Assembly (NCBI GenBank): GCA_951406725.2
Contig: OX597820.1
Coordinates: 8,432,001-8,496,000 of the forward strand
DNA from: Octopus vulgaris
Lineage: Eukaryota
Length of the DNA: 64,000 bases
Direction of reading: 5' to 3'
Shown here: positions 14,146 through 28,130 of the stretch, one piece after another
Position numbering within the stretch: the stretch's first letter is position 1
Layout: each line of letters begins with the position of its first letter
Program-made: the position numbers and the translations under genes
Notes under the pieces: model-generated
The model's input: the letters and a program-made list of their open reading frames with translations, nothing else
What the model was told of the DNA's origin: nothing
Databases searched by the model: none

Positions 14146-14644
14146 CGGGCTTCTTTCAGTTTCCGTCTACCAAATCCACTCACAAGGCTTTGGCTGGTTG
14201 GAGGCTATAGCAGAAGACACTTGCCCAAGGTGCCACGCAGTGGGACTGAACCCGGAACCACGTAGTTACTCAACAAGCTACTTACCACACGACCACTTTT
14301 GCTGTTTTCCTAATACACAGCCACGCAAACATCTGCAACTCACACACACACACACGTACTCATATGAGCACACTCACTAATGACACACACTCTTGACTCA
14401 CCACTTGAACTGCAAAACAACATCAGCGCCACCTGGTGTCTGATTTCATCATATTAGAGAACTAATTAGACACATCATTCTCATACATTGTTATGCGCAC
14501 ACACACACAAATTTGTGCATAGAAATAACCCCAAATATCTACACTTATGCATTTGTGTAGTCTCACATACACATGCACGCAATTATATAGATTCATATAA
14601 GCAAACCCACGCGTGATAGATGCTGTCCGTTTGTGCACGTACTC

Positions 14645-15052
14645 CCTCTTTACTCTTTTACTTGTTTCAGTCATTTGACTGCGGCCATGCTGGAGCACCG
14701 CCTTTAGTCGATCAAATCGACCCCAGGACATATTCTTTGGAAGCCTAGTACTTATTCTATCGGTCCCTTTTGCGCAACCGCTAAGTTACGGTAACGTAAA
14801 CATACCAGCATTGGTTGTCAAGCGATGTTGGTGGGGGGGGGGGGGGAACACAGACACACAAGCATATACAAACATACGTATATATATATATACATATATA
14901 CGACGGGCTTCTTTCAATTTCCGTCTACCAAATCCACTCACAAGGCTTTGGTCAGTTGGAGGCTATAGGAGAAAACATTTGCCCAAGGTGTCACGCAATG
15001 GGAATGAACCCAGAACCATGTGGTTCGTAAGCAAGCTACTTACCACACAGCC
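14645..15052 (-). mobile_element. CORE-type SINE (OR2-like) with internal microsatellite and 3' tail; related copies near 14020-14295, 25200-25560, 36556-36715, 50556-50720 and 61400-61560
   Basis: CORE-like GTGGCACCTTGGGCAAGTGTCTT motif and shared tail GGCGGTGCTCCAGCATGGCCGCAGTCAAATGACTGAAAC. Confidence 0.75.
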
Positions 15053-15109
15053 ATATATATATGAGGCCAAATATTGATGTTTAGGATAAACAAGAAAAAG
15101 TATATACAT

Positions 15110-15342
15110 ATTTCTTTACTACCCACAAGGGGCTAAACACAGAGGGGACAAACAGGGGCAGACACACGGATTATGTCGATTACATCGATCCCAGTGCGTA
15201 ACTGGTACTTAATTTATCGACCCCGAAATAATGAAAGGCAAAATCGACCTCGGTGGTATTTGAACTCAGAACGTAACGGCAGACTAAATACGGCAACGCA
15301 TTTCGCCCGGCGTGCTAACAATTCTGCCAGCCCACCGCCTTA
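15110..15342 (-). mobile_element. OK-like SINE, near full length
   Basis: Reverse complement of the 52582-52815 copy. Confidence 0.85.
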
Positions 15343-17200
15343 GGAAAAAGTATATACCTTCATAGAAGTCAGCTTCCTTACTGATATGAATATCTCTTTG
15401 AAAATCAAAGAGAAAGAGTATAACAATGAGCGACTGCTACAAAACGTCCCGCTTCTATATCCAGATTATCAATTCATATTTATACCATAATTTGTGCACC
15501 TAAGTGACAACCCGGATAAGCTGGGGGATTTAAAAAAAAGAAATAAACCAATACATTACAAAAACAATTTGTACGCGGAACCGAAAGTTTAAAATTGTGT
15601 ATTTGTTTTTTCATATCTACATCCCACTAATAGAGCTTTGTATCTTTGTTACATCCATTCATCCATCCATCCATCCATCCATCCATACATACATACATAC
15701 ATACATACATACATACATACATACATACATACATACATACATACATACAAACATACATACAAACATACAAACATACATACATACATACATAAGGAAGTTG
15801 ACTATATCGAGACCGAGGGGGGTCAAAAGAATATTGGTGGTACTCAAAATTGAAACAACTACCGAGTTAAAACACAACCGACTAGATATTGCTGAGTGGA
15901 ACCACAAGGAATGGCTATGCTCGTTTGTGGAAATCAGCTTCCCCCTGTGTTTGAAATCGGTGATCGGAAACTGTATGGAAGCCCGTCAGGTGGTTTGTAC
16001 CTGTAATTCTAAAAGATACAGCTTTGTCACACACTAAGTCATATTGAATCTACCAGAGAATCACATACACAATGTGGTTAGAAAAATACAAGAGAAAGAG
16101 AACATCTATTGACCATTGATAAGGTGTTTGAAGACCCAGTCCCCAAGATGCACTGTCAGGTTTATGCTTATTATTGGTGCAACAGGATACATACTAACCC
16201 GTCTCTAGCGAAATGTGACTGACCTTGGGGTTCTTGGAGAGAGAACGCAATTCTATAATTCACAGACACAACAAATGATGACGACATCTGTGGCTATAAA
16301 ACTCTGCGAGACCGTCTTAAGATTGAAAAGTTGACGAAGAAAGCAAAGGGCTTTTCTTCACAACGTTAAAATTATATCTTTCGTTACCTTCAAGTAGAGA
16401 CGGCACATCTGTTGCTCCCGCGCCGTTCTAAAAAAATAGCGTTCGTAAAATTTTTTTATCTCGTTCGGCTTAGCAGCCCTTCTTGTTTGTGTACTGTTAT
16501 TCTCCTTGTCCTGTCTTTTACTGTTTATATTTTGTACTGTCGTTACTGTCCTGATTTTGTTACCATTTTTACCCCTCCGTAAAAAAATCTCAAATTTTAT
16601 TTAATTTGATTTTCGCGGGAAGGAAAGTTTCATTAAAGTCATGTATCGCCTTGACCTTCGAAACATGGAGTAGATGAAAGAAAGGCGACTGAAGAAGGGG
16701 AATTTTCCTTGTTTTGTATGTCCTGTACTCTATTTTTTCGTTGTTTAAAAATATGCCCATTTCCTTGGTTTTGTGTTTATGTTTTCGTTTCTCATTGTGT
16801 TCGACATTTTTTTTTGGTGTCCTGTACCCATATATGCATGTATATATACATGTAGAGGTAGGTACTATATATATATATGTATATATGCATATGTTTTATT
16901 TATCTATTAATTTATCATATATATATATATATATACATACATTACATAAATATGTTTGTGCATGTGTGTCTCTTTGTGTGTATGTATGTATGTATGTTCA
17001 CATACACATATCTATAGACATATACATATACGCTCTTCTACAGAAAGGGACACAGAAAAAAAAACAAGGAGAGAAACGGAGAGAAAAAATATACACACAT
17101 ACACTCGCTTATATATGCATGTATATATTTCTATGTTCTCTCACCATAATGCTAACATATCTAGAGATTATATACATACAAGCATATATATAAATATATG

Positions 17201-17274
<74 letters not shown>

Positions 17275-18374
17275 ATATTGACAATAACAGTAAAACGAGG
17301 CGATTAGTCGATTTTTCTGTAACTATTTATAAATTCACTTCAACAGACCCTCCCATGTTTAAACTATTCGTCTTAGTTTTCAAGCAATCATCTTACAACC
17401 TAATTGACTTATATTTGACTAACATAGCGCACACCACTGCAATGTGGTCGAATGGTTTACAGATTCATTTGGCAATCATGAGATCTTAGGTTCGATCTCA
17501 CTGTGTGCCATCTTCGGCGGCAAATGTTATTTTCTAATACCTCGAATAAGATCATACGTTGTGTTTGAAATCGGTGACCGGAAACTGTATGGAAGCCCGT
17601 CAGCTTTGTCACACACTATGTCACGTTGAATCTACCAGAGAATCACATTAAATGTACAAGTCGTTGAGGAGTACTCAGCCATTTTATACGTTGATGGAAG
17701 AGCAGGTTATTCAGTTGATTAAATAATTGAATTCACCTCCTCACCAATCGATGGAGATACACCCCCACCTCCATCACAATAACCACCACCACTACCAACA
17801 CCGCCGCCGCCACCATCAACCTGGTATGTTCCATTCATGTATTTTTTTCGCTCGAAATGTTCCTCTGTTTCAATGCCGTTACGTTCTGAGTTCAAATTCC
17901 GCCAAGGTCGACTTTGCCTTTCATCCTTTCGGGGTCGATTAAATAAGTACCAGTTACGAACTGGGGTCGATGTAATCGACTTAATCCGTTTGTCTGTCCT
18001 TGTTTGTCCCCTCTGTGTTTAGCCCCTTGTGGGTAGTAAAGAAATAGGTATTGATATGTTTAAGTCCCCGTAACATAGCGGTTTGGCAAAAGGAGACCGA
18101 TAGAATACGTACTTGGCTTTAAAAGAAATAAATTCTGGGGTCGATCTGTTCGACCAAAACCCTTCAAGGCGGTGCTCCAGCATGGCTGCATTCAAATGAC
18201 TAAAAGAATACATAAATTTACATATAATGTGTGTGTATGTGTATGTATCCATCGAATTGTCCCCTCTATATTTAGCCCCTTGTGGGCAATATAGAAATAA
18301 GAAACGTTAGCACGCCGGGCGAAATGCTTTGTGGTATTTCGTCTGCCGCTACGTTCTGAGTTCAAATTCTTCCG

Positions 18375-18720
18375 AATTAATAACATAAACCATGCTATCC
18401 AATTCACAATGGAGTATAGCCAAAAACAACTCCCACTTCTTTTGGACATCTTAATCATAAAAGAGCGACGAACATTGTAACCAGCATCATCTTTTAATCA
18501 ACAGACTCAAAGCAACATCTGCTATTTTCTTTCTGTCATCCAAAACATACGAAAACAATAAATACGTTTTAATCCGGAGAGAACGATTTGAGAAATTGTA
18601 TCCAAACCTGACACCTGAGAGAAACAATTTTAAGAACTCCAAAATATATGATCCGAAAGACAATATCCATTAAGGGAATCGAACGGGCAAAATCAGTAGA
18701 CACCCAAAACATTTTGAAAA
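18375..18720 (+). mobile_element. Penelope-like element RT fragment
   Basis: Translates NNINHAIQFTMEYSQKQLP..LDILI and STDSKQHLLFSFCHPKHTK, typical PLE RT C-terminal motifs. Confidence 0.7.
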
Positions 18721-19970
18721 GAATTTTGTTTTGAGTTGAAGCAAAATCCCGCAGGAGAAAGAAAAACTTAAGTGGTGCTATTAAACATTCAGCTGACCGT
18801 GATATCAAAAAATCAAGTGATGACTTAAGGGAGTCAACCAACCGGAACGCTGGACAAATGTCATGCAACTATAGTAATGAGGGCGCTGTGCAGTGTTGAG
18901 AAGTAAACAAACTTGAGGTTAGTTAAAATATGTTTGTGACATGTTTTAACCCCTAAAGGCAAGATCACTGCATTTTACAGGGAAGAAAATTCTTGCTTAC
19001 GGGAAAAATGAGAAAACAGCTCATCTGCTCAGTGTTGCCCACTGTCGAACTTCCAGATGCGTTCCTGGCTCTTTAGCTTTCCTCACTAGGAGATGCCGAA
19101 GAGAGATAATCCTGAGCAAATTATAAAGCCGGCGCTTTATCTAAAAATATGAACAATCAATATTAGTGACCGCCTTAATGCTTCGAGCTGGTAGAATCGT
19201 TACTGCACCAGAAAATGGCTTAGCGTCATTTCTTCGGACTTTACGTTCTGAGTTAAAATGCCACCGGGGTCGACTTTGCTTCGCATCCTTTCAGGATAGA
19301 TAAAATAAGTACCAGTTGAAAAGTGGGGTCAATGTAAAAGATTTAACCAATATTAGAGAATGTTTTTCACTCGTAGGTCGCCCAGTCGGAACAAATAGGG
19401 CAAATGTAGTTTTAAGCAACGTTGAGAAATAAAACGTATCTCGGAGTCGGAACCATTGCTCCATTCACATTATATCATCAAAGGGGCCGTTAAAGGTAAT
19501 GGTGGACTTTTTTCATAGACCCTAAAAAGAAATCAGGGTTGACTAGGGAACCGAAGATCAAAAAACAATCTACAAGACACGAATACAGAACACTTAATTA
19601 AAGTTTAATTAATAACTAGGTCGTTCAGTAAGTTTTGAAGTATTTATAATGTGTGCTGTTGTGCATAGAGGTGAAACGGGCCGACATTAACCATAAATCA
19701 CGTGTCAGAGGTCAGCTGACCAAAGCAGTCACACATGTGACATTGATCACGTTTCATTAACTTTATTATAATGAAGACTTACCACTGAGATCTTCCCATA
19801 AAAATCATTAGCAATTGTAATTAACTTACCTGGCCTAGATTCTCAACTAGAAAATACTGGACATGCTGATACACAAACACACGCATACACACACACACAC
19901 ACAATCACACACAATCACACACGCACGTATACATAAATATGCATTTGTGCCTGTGTATATGTGTGTGTGA

Positions 19971-20010
<40 letters not shown>

Positions 20011-20139
20011 GTGTGTGTGTGTGTACACGTAGATACACATATCTATATTCACAGATTTATAAATCTTCCATGTCAGGAATTTATGGGACTATATAAATAA
20101 ATATAAATACTCACACGTAAATACATCACATATATTTGA

Positions 20140-20229
<90 letters not shown>

Positions 20230-20273
20230 GTATATATATCTAAATACATATATATATACATCTATATATATAT

Positions 20274-20307
<34 letters not shown>

Positions 20308-20410
20308 TCATAATTAATCAATATAGGGTGGCAAAAAAAATTTTGTAGAATTTTTTTGCCACCAGCGGCCTAGTGGGAAAAAATTAAATAGTCATAGACC
20401 ATTTATAAGT

Positions 20411-20558
20411 TCAACATCACAATCAAGGAACGGCCATAATAGGCCATTCACCCACTAGAAATAACAGCCAAAGCTTTAACCGCAAAAAGCGGTTAAAGCT
20501 TTGGCTGTTATTTCTAGTGGGTGAATGGCCTATTATGGCCGTTCCTTGATTGTGATGT

Positions 20559-20561
<3 letters not shown>
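20411..20561. repeat. Perfect 73-bp inverted repeat with an A5 loop, abutting (TA)n
   Basis: 20411-20483 is the exact reverse complement of 20489-20561. Confidence 0.95.
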
Positions 20562-20604
<43 letters not shown>

Positions 20605-21128
20605 GAATACCAAAAATGGGACAAGAACGCAAAACATTCAGATAGTTGATACAAAAAAGGGACAACAAAACGTCCAGACAGACGATACAAAAAAACAAGG
20701 ACGGAAAAAAAACGGAGAACTGGTACACAAAAACAAATGCAAATAAAGGACATAACAACAGGTGTCTTTCGACGAAGGACGAATTAAATTAAGCTGGTGT
20801 GTGTGGAAGTGAAGCCTTACGGCAGGGACATAAGAGATGACAGGCATAGAGAGGAATATAGATGTTGCACGGATGGTAGTCGAACCAAGAAAGAAAGGTC
20901 AGGCTTGACCGAAAACCGGTCACGTAGAGAGAGAAGGGAGAGACGAGAAAAAAAAGAAAAGGTACAGAGTGAAGTGAAAGAAGAAGGAAAGTGAGAATGA
21001 AGAGAAAGCCAGGAAGTGTGAGAGAGGGGAACGAAAGAAAGAAGAGTGGGAAGAACAAAATGTGAAGGGGCTGATAGAAAGAAGAAAAGAATGAAAGAAT
21101 ATAGAGCCGTACAAAATTTATATATATA

Positions 21129-21230
21129 CTAGCAGTATCGCCCGGTGTTAACTGCACCGCAAAATGTGGGAGTAGTTAGGAATCTAAATCGTAGGAGACA
21201 GACACACAACCTTACTTTTATATATAAAGA
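21129..21230 (-). mobile_element. Mini non-autonomous Helitron-type element (deleted relative of 42417-42811)
   Basis: On -, 5' TC...CTAG 3' between A and T; both ends match the longer copy. Confidence 0.65.
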
Positions 21231-21353
21231 TATGTACTTACATATATGAAACCAAAGTGTACGTACCCCGCTATATTTATATAAAAATAAATACCAAAAA
21301 TGGGACAAGAACGCAAAACATACAGACAGTTAGATGATACAAAAAAGGGACAA

Positions 21354-21399
<46 letters not shown>

Positions 21400-21419
21400 A
21401 TGTACATATAAGACAATGA

Positions 21420-22400
21420 AGGAGAATTATACATCTATAGAGTTTTGTATTATTACAGCCTTTTATCTCTTATTATAAAAGTACAGTATATTCTCTTTCA
21501 ATCTTTGCCTGACATATATTGCTGCTGCCTGTATATCTTATGTGGTGTTCGTTTGTATCCTGTTGTTCAGCTGGCGACTTACAAGGATGCAAATGAACAC
21601 CATATTTCAACAATATATATTATTTTTAATGAACACGGTATACATTTTATTTAGCTTCTAGTAGTTTCATGGAATGAAAACGATACAAGCAACATCTTAT
21701 GACACGCATGGTACTTTCATGCAATCTTCAGGCTATGCTCACATGGCATATACGAGATAGAATAGGATGATAGAATATGAAACATACGAGAAAAGGCGAG
21801 GAGAAGGTGGATGTAAAAGGTGGATGGTCAAAAGCACCGCAAAAAAAACGAAAAAAGAAAGAAAGGAAAAAGAAAGAAACGTGTGAGAATTAGAGTTAGG
21901 TCCCCTTTGACCGTAAAGCCATAATAAGACTGAACGGATGGGGGTCTAGAGTCTGCGGTACAGCCTCTGAATCCGAAGAGGGTGGTATTTTCCATTTCGC
22001 CAACAAGAACTTATTCATATGTTTACGTCTGCTGAAAATTTCAGATCTACAAATCAGCAACGCACTGGAGTTCTTAGATCTAAAAAAAGAATGTCTGCCT
22101 CAAAATGGCTAAATCTTTTAACCTATGAAGGTATTTAAAACATAACGTTCTTTAAAACATAACGTTCCATAATAATGAAAGATAATGTAGTATAAAAAAT
22201 AAGGCCTTCCACCTCATCCGTCTCACGAGGTCTTCAAGTTTCTCGAGGATCATCCTGGGGTATAGGTTTATCGATGCTGTAGGTTTGTTCTTAGTCAAGT
22301 AATCCTTATGGTATGAATCCATAACAGCGAGTAAACTGGTAAAATCTCTAGAGTCGCTCAACTTAACGAAGCTATCACACAGAACATATGATGATTATGA
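21420..22400 (-). mobile_element. Internally deleted Penelope-like element
   Basis: N-terminal motif TKNKP...LEKLEDLVRRMRWKALFF lies next to C-terminal LLICRSEIFSRRKHMNKFLL; a degenerate hammerhead (CTGAAGA TTGCAT GAAA GTAC) sits downstream at about 21706-21738. Confidence 0.7.
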
Positions 22401-22601
22401 ATTCACACTATGTATGTATGTATGTATGTATGTATGTATGTATGTATGTATGTATGTATGTATGTATGTATGTATGAGTGGACAAACGAAGGAAAAGGCA
22501 CTCAACACATTTATTAGAAGTTACATGTATCATTCAAAACATTTTGATTCGCAAGCCCTTAACGGAACCTGTCTCATCGGGCTGGTATTCGGATATCCCC
22601 A

Positions 22602-22655
22602 CCAGCCTGAAGAGACAGACTCCATTAAGAGCTGGCGAAACTTGAAGTAGCATGG
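22602..22655 (+). ncRNA. Type I hammerhead ribozyme motif
   Basis: CCAGC-CTGAAGA-stem II (GACAGACTC/GAGCTGGC)-GAAAC-ttgaa-GTA-GCaTGG. Confidence 0.65.
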
Positions 22656-22676
22656 AATCTGAATCAAACTGTTTTG

Positions 22677-22731
<55 letters not shown>

Positions 22732-22884
22732 TATATATATATAAAGAAACAAGTTTAAAATAATGGTCATGACATATAATTCTTTTATTGGAGCAAATCT
22801 GGCTTACAGATGTTTCTAGTAGTCATTATTGGTACATTCCTGATACGATTACTCAGTTGGTCTATTGATCAATTGGGATAAATT

Positions 22885-23113
22885 GAGCTGGCAGAACCGT
22901 TAGCACGCCGGGCGAAATGTTTTAGTGATATTTCGTCCGCCGTTACGTTCTGAGTCCAAATTCCGCCAAGGTCGACTTTGCCTTTCATCCTTTCGGGGTC
23001 GATTAAATAAGTACCAGTTACGCACTGGAGTCGATATAATCGACTTAACCCGTTTGTCTGTCCTTGTTTGTCCCCTCTGTGTTTAGCCCCTTGTGGGTAG
23101 TAAAGAAATAGGT
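22885..23113 (+). mobile_element. OK-like SINE
   Basis: Near-identical to the other copies. Confidence 0.88.
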
Positions 23114-23554
23114 ATTGATATGTTTAAGTCCCCGTAACTTAGCGGTTTAGCAAAAGGAGACCAATAGAATACGTACTAGGCTTTAAAAGAAATAAATTCT
23201 GGGGTCGACCTGTTCGACTAAAACCCTTCAAGGCGGTGCTCCAGCATGGCCGCATTCAAATGACTAAAAGAATACATAAATTTACATATAATGTGTGTGT
23301 ATGTGTACGTATCCATTAAATTATCTATTTATATGTTTGGGGGGGGTGTGAGAGAGAGAGAGTGAGAAAAAGAAAGGGTTCCGCACAAATGGCTAGTTCA
23401 CGTTGGACCCTGTGGGGAGCAGAAAATGTCGTCCTAAAGGTGAGTGGCAGATCATTTGTCTTCTGACCAAATCGTCCAAATATGGCGCTGCTAGACAAGG
23501 AAAGTCTTTGTGAGGCGATTCGAAAACCGGAAAAACCTGTTGATACTTTGTGTA

Positions 23555-23593
<39 letters not shown>

Positions 23594-23619
23594 GTATGTG
23601 TTTGAATATGTGTGTCTTT

Positions 23620-23663
<44 letters not shown>

Positions 23664-23807
23664 TGTAAGTGTTAGTGTTTTGTAATATATTGGTGGATTC
23701 AAACTTGAGAAACAAGTCCTTTATTCAACGGTCTTCTTATTCTCTCTTACTCTCTTTCTCACACTCTCACTCTCTCTCGCTTTCTCTTTCTCTCCCCCCT
23801 CTCTCTC

Positions 23808-23843
<36 letters not shown>

Positions 23844-24206
23844 CAACTTGACAATGGAAAAACATCAACACCGTCATGTGACCAGCTGTTCACATTTCGT
23901 TTCCTTTTTCCCTCTCTTTAAGTCACAATTTTATTTGGCAATAGCCACGTCTTCTCTCTAGTCTCTCTCGTCTTCTTCATAAAAAATTCAGCCCTACACG
24001 TGTCGGGTAAAAGACGAGTATTGCAACAGAAAATCTTGGTTGTACCAGTCGATGTTTGAAGCAGCTCAGTTAATCTGAAGAAACATCCCTACATTTCTAT
24101 ATACAAAGATAAATAACCAAAAGAATATAAAAATAATCAAAACCTTGCTTGGACATCTATCCATCTCTATATATATATATTTATATATATTTATATATAT
24201 GAAAAC

Positions 24207-24513
24207 ATGATGACACAAACAGAGGACGAGACCGAAATGGAGACGATATTCGGCATTTCAGATGACGAACTGGCAGAAGAGACACCCTTACCTATAACGG
24301 AACTCAGTGTTAATAATAAACTACCCTGTGTCATTCGGATCTCGGAGAAAAACCAAGTGTTATCTCCTCTGTTGTACCCTTATTTTAACATTCCTATACT
24401 GGCCTACAGTGCTCGGAAAGATAAATCTGTTCTATGTCGGACCACAATGAGGTTAAAAGACGGAACTTACGAAGACACAGGACCGACTTTGGTTGTACCC
24501 AGCATGTATGAAG
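24207..24513 (+). CDS. Gene A exon 1: CABIT-domain (Themis/GAREM/Serrano-like) protein
   Basis: ATG ORF MMTQTEDE...LPCVIRI...PTLVVPSMYEG ends at donor G|GTAAT (phase 1) and joins exon 2 in frame. Confidence 0.8.
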
Positions 24514-25605
24514 GTAATATATATTTATAGAAACACAAACTACATACCTACACACATACATACATACACACACACACACATACATACACTCACACACACA
24601 CACATACACTCACACACATACATACACACATACACTCACACACATACATACAAACATACACTCACACAAATACATACATACATGCATACATACATCCTCA
24701 CATACATACACTCACACATATATATACATACATACATATATTCACAAACATACATACATACATACATACACACACATACATACACTCACATACATATATA
24801 CATACATACATACATACATACATTCATACATACATACATACATACACACATACATACACACACTCACACACATACATACACTCACACAAATACATACATA
24901 CATACATACATACATACATACACTCACACACATATACATACATACATATATTCACATACATACATACATGCACTCACACACATACATACATACATACACT
25001 CACACACATACATACATATACTCGCACACATACATACATACACTCACACAAATACATACATACACTCATATACATATATACATACATACATACATACACT
25101 CACATACATACATACATACATACATACACACACATACATATATACATACATACACTCACACACATACATACATATATATCATTTCTTTTTTTTATTTTTT
25201 ACTTGTTTCAGTCATTAGCTTGCGGACATGCTAAGTCACCGCCATTGAAGATTTTTGAATCGATCCCAATACATTTTTTAAAGCCTGGTACTTATTCTAT
25301 CGGTTCTTTTGCCGAACCGCTAAGCAACGGGGATATAAACACACCGGCACTGGTTGTCGAACAGTGGAGGGGAGGACAAATATAGACACAAAGACATACA
25401 CATAGATATGTAGAAACATATATATACGATAGGCTTCGTTCAGTTTCCGTCAACCAAATCCATTCACACGGCTTTAGTCGGCCAGCGGCTGTGGTAGTAG
25501 ACGCTTGTACAAGGTACCCGAAAGTGAGATTGAACTCCGAACCCCGAACAATGCGGTTGGGAACACTCACACATATGTATATACATATGTATATACATAT
25601 ATATG

Positions 25606-25639
<34 letters not shown>

Positions 25640-25650
25640 TGTATGTATGT

Positions 25651-25726
<76 letters not shown>

Positions 25727-25759
25727 ACATTTTTTCTCGCCTTGTTTTTTTCTGTGTCC

Positions 25760-25795
25760 CTTTCTGTAGAAGAGCGTAGGCTCGAAACGTAAAAG
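25760..25795 (+). ncRNA. Minimal hammerhead-like motif (core variant CTGTAGA)
   Basis: CTTT-CTGTAGA-A-GAGC gtag GCTC-GAA-ACGT-A-AAAG; another copy at 62960-62995. Confidence 0.55.
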
Positions 25796-26970
25796 ACTTT
25801 TTCTATTCCTGAGCGTTATACTAATACATCTGTTTGTTTTGTACACCACCTGTCGTCGTCTTTTGTTTTTTTCGTAAACTCTCCCTATATATATATACAT
25901 ACATATACATACATATATACATATATATATATAATATACACACACATATGTAAACATCAAAATAAGTTTATTATTTTACAGAGCCAATAACGAACTTCGA
26001 ACTATGCGTCTCTCGATTTCCCATTATACATCTCAAATTATCAATTATAAAAGATATATTTCTCTTTAATCATTATTTTATCCCCAAAAGTAATTTATTT
26101 CACTGATAATACGTTCAGCCATTGCGTTCCAGCAAGGACACTGTTTGGTGTTTCCGAAGAGAATAAAATTGATGTTTGTCAAGAAATACAATTACAGTAG
26201 GTGATCTGTAACCTTAGTCAGGAAGTAGGGGGCAGTCTGTATCGGAGACGTAATGTGGTCACCGACTAAACCACTGATATGTTGGTTCAAAACCCGCCAA
26301 GGCCTGAAATTTGGCAGGAGAGAGTGTGTGTGTGGTGGTGGGGGCTAATTAATTACATCGACCCCAGTGCTCAACTGGGGTGTGCAGGTGGAATGAAATA
26401 GGTATCTAGATTGATTGATTGACCGAACGATTAATCAAACAACTGATTAACTGATTTATTAAATGGTTAACCAGCTGAAAAATAAAGAACAAAAGAGTGA
26501 AATCGAAGCAGTGTGTGTGTGTGTTTATTGATGGCATCATGACCTTCCTAAAATACAGCAAAACTTGTTTCAACACACAAAAATCTCGCATATCAAATAA
26601 AAAAAACCTACTTACGGTACGTTATTCTAATATATAATACACACACTTCTATTGTATACTCATATTTAGTCTAAACACTACGTCATACAAACTAGTATGG
26701 CCATTTAACCGATGCGTTATATCAGCTAGTAATTATATTGACGAACACTTTTATTCCAGTTTGTGTTATACTATTATACTATTGCACCATCGTACATTAG
26801 CAGATACTTATAATACCAAGTATGTTTTATTAGTCAGTATACGTTATATTAACTAACATTCTTATACTAATTAATACATTTCATTAACCACCAATACATC
26901 GTAATTGTATTCTATATTTAACTGGTATTTTATGACACAAAGGGATGATGTATTAACGAGAATATATATA

Positions 26971-27027
<57 letters not shown>

Positions 27028-27209
27028 CTATTTATATATATATATATAAGGATAAGAATGTGCATTGTCCGTTTAACTGGAAAATTCTATAAGTGTCTGA
27101 AGATTGCTCAACATTTTAAAACTGAAGTAATACTTACAGTGTTTAATAAAATGAAGTAGCATGAAACAATTGTACTACTCTACCTTGGATATGCTTGTTG
27201 CTTATTTTC

Positions 27210-27259
<50 letters not shown>

Positions 27260-27539
27260 AGTCTAGCGGAATGGCGACGTTCTGAGGCGATGGTGCACAA
27301 TCACCGTTTACGTTGGACTATTTACCTTATTCAGAGAAATGACGAGAGGAACCCTAAGGAGATGTTGTATTGCTTATGGAAAGCGCGGCGTCCAGCGGAG
27401 ACCAAGACTACGATTTCAAGATTATGTAAAGTCCTTGCTGGGGTGATGGTGAGATATGCGTAGGGGTGGGGGAATTGGGAAAGCAATGCCTTTCAATGCC
27501 ACCAGTGAAGGAAACAAGTAAACGAACGTGTGGATATTT

Positions 27540-27622
27540 TCGACAGACAGACAGACATGTAGACAGAGAGATAGATAGATAGATATATAGATAAATAGAT
27601 AGATAGATAGATATATAGATAA

Positions 27623-27685
<63 letters not shown>

Positions 27686-27686
27686 T

Positions 27687-27749
<63 letters not shown>

Positions 27750-27762
27750 GATAGATAGATAT

Positions 27763-27796
<34 letters not shown>

Positions 27797-27805
27797 TGAT
27801 AGATT

Positions 27806-27844
<39 letters not shown>

Positions 27845-27907
27845 TGATAGATTGATAGATAGATAGATAGATATATAGATAGATAGATATATAGATAGAC
27901 AGACATG

Positions 27908-27944
<37 letters not shown>

Positions 27945-28006
27945 TGATAGATTGATAGATAGATAGATAGATATATAGATAGATAGATATATAGATATAT
28001 AGATAA

Positions 28007-28079
<73 letters not shown>

Positions 28080-28130
28080 CATACAGATAGATTGATAGAT
28101 TGATAGATAGATAGATAGATATATAGATAT
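27540..28130. repeat. (GATA)n microsatellite, one of many long (TA)n/(CA)n/(CATA)n/(GATA)n tracts
   Basis: Directly visible. Confidence 0.95.

Noticed and set aside
16610-16710. GAAAC..GTA..CTGAAGA family (also about 37980 and 61810-61890) as a type II hammerhead
   Set aside because: Stem I pairing is absent and the copies disagree; too degenerate to call.
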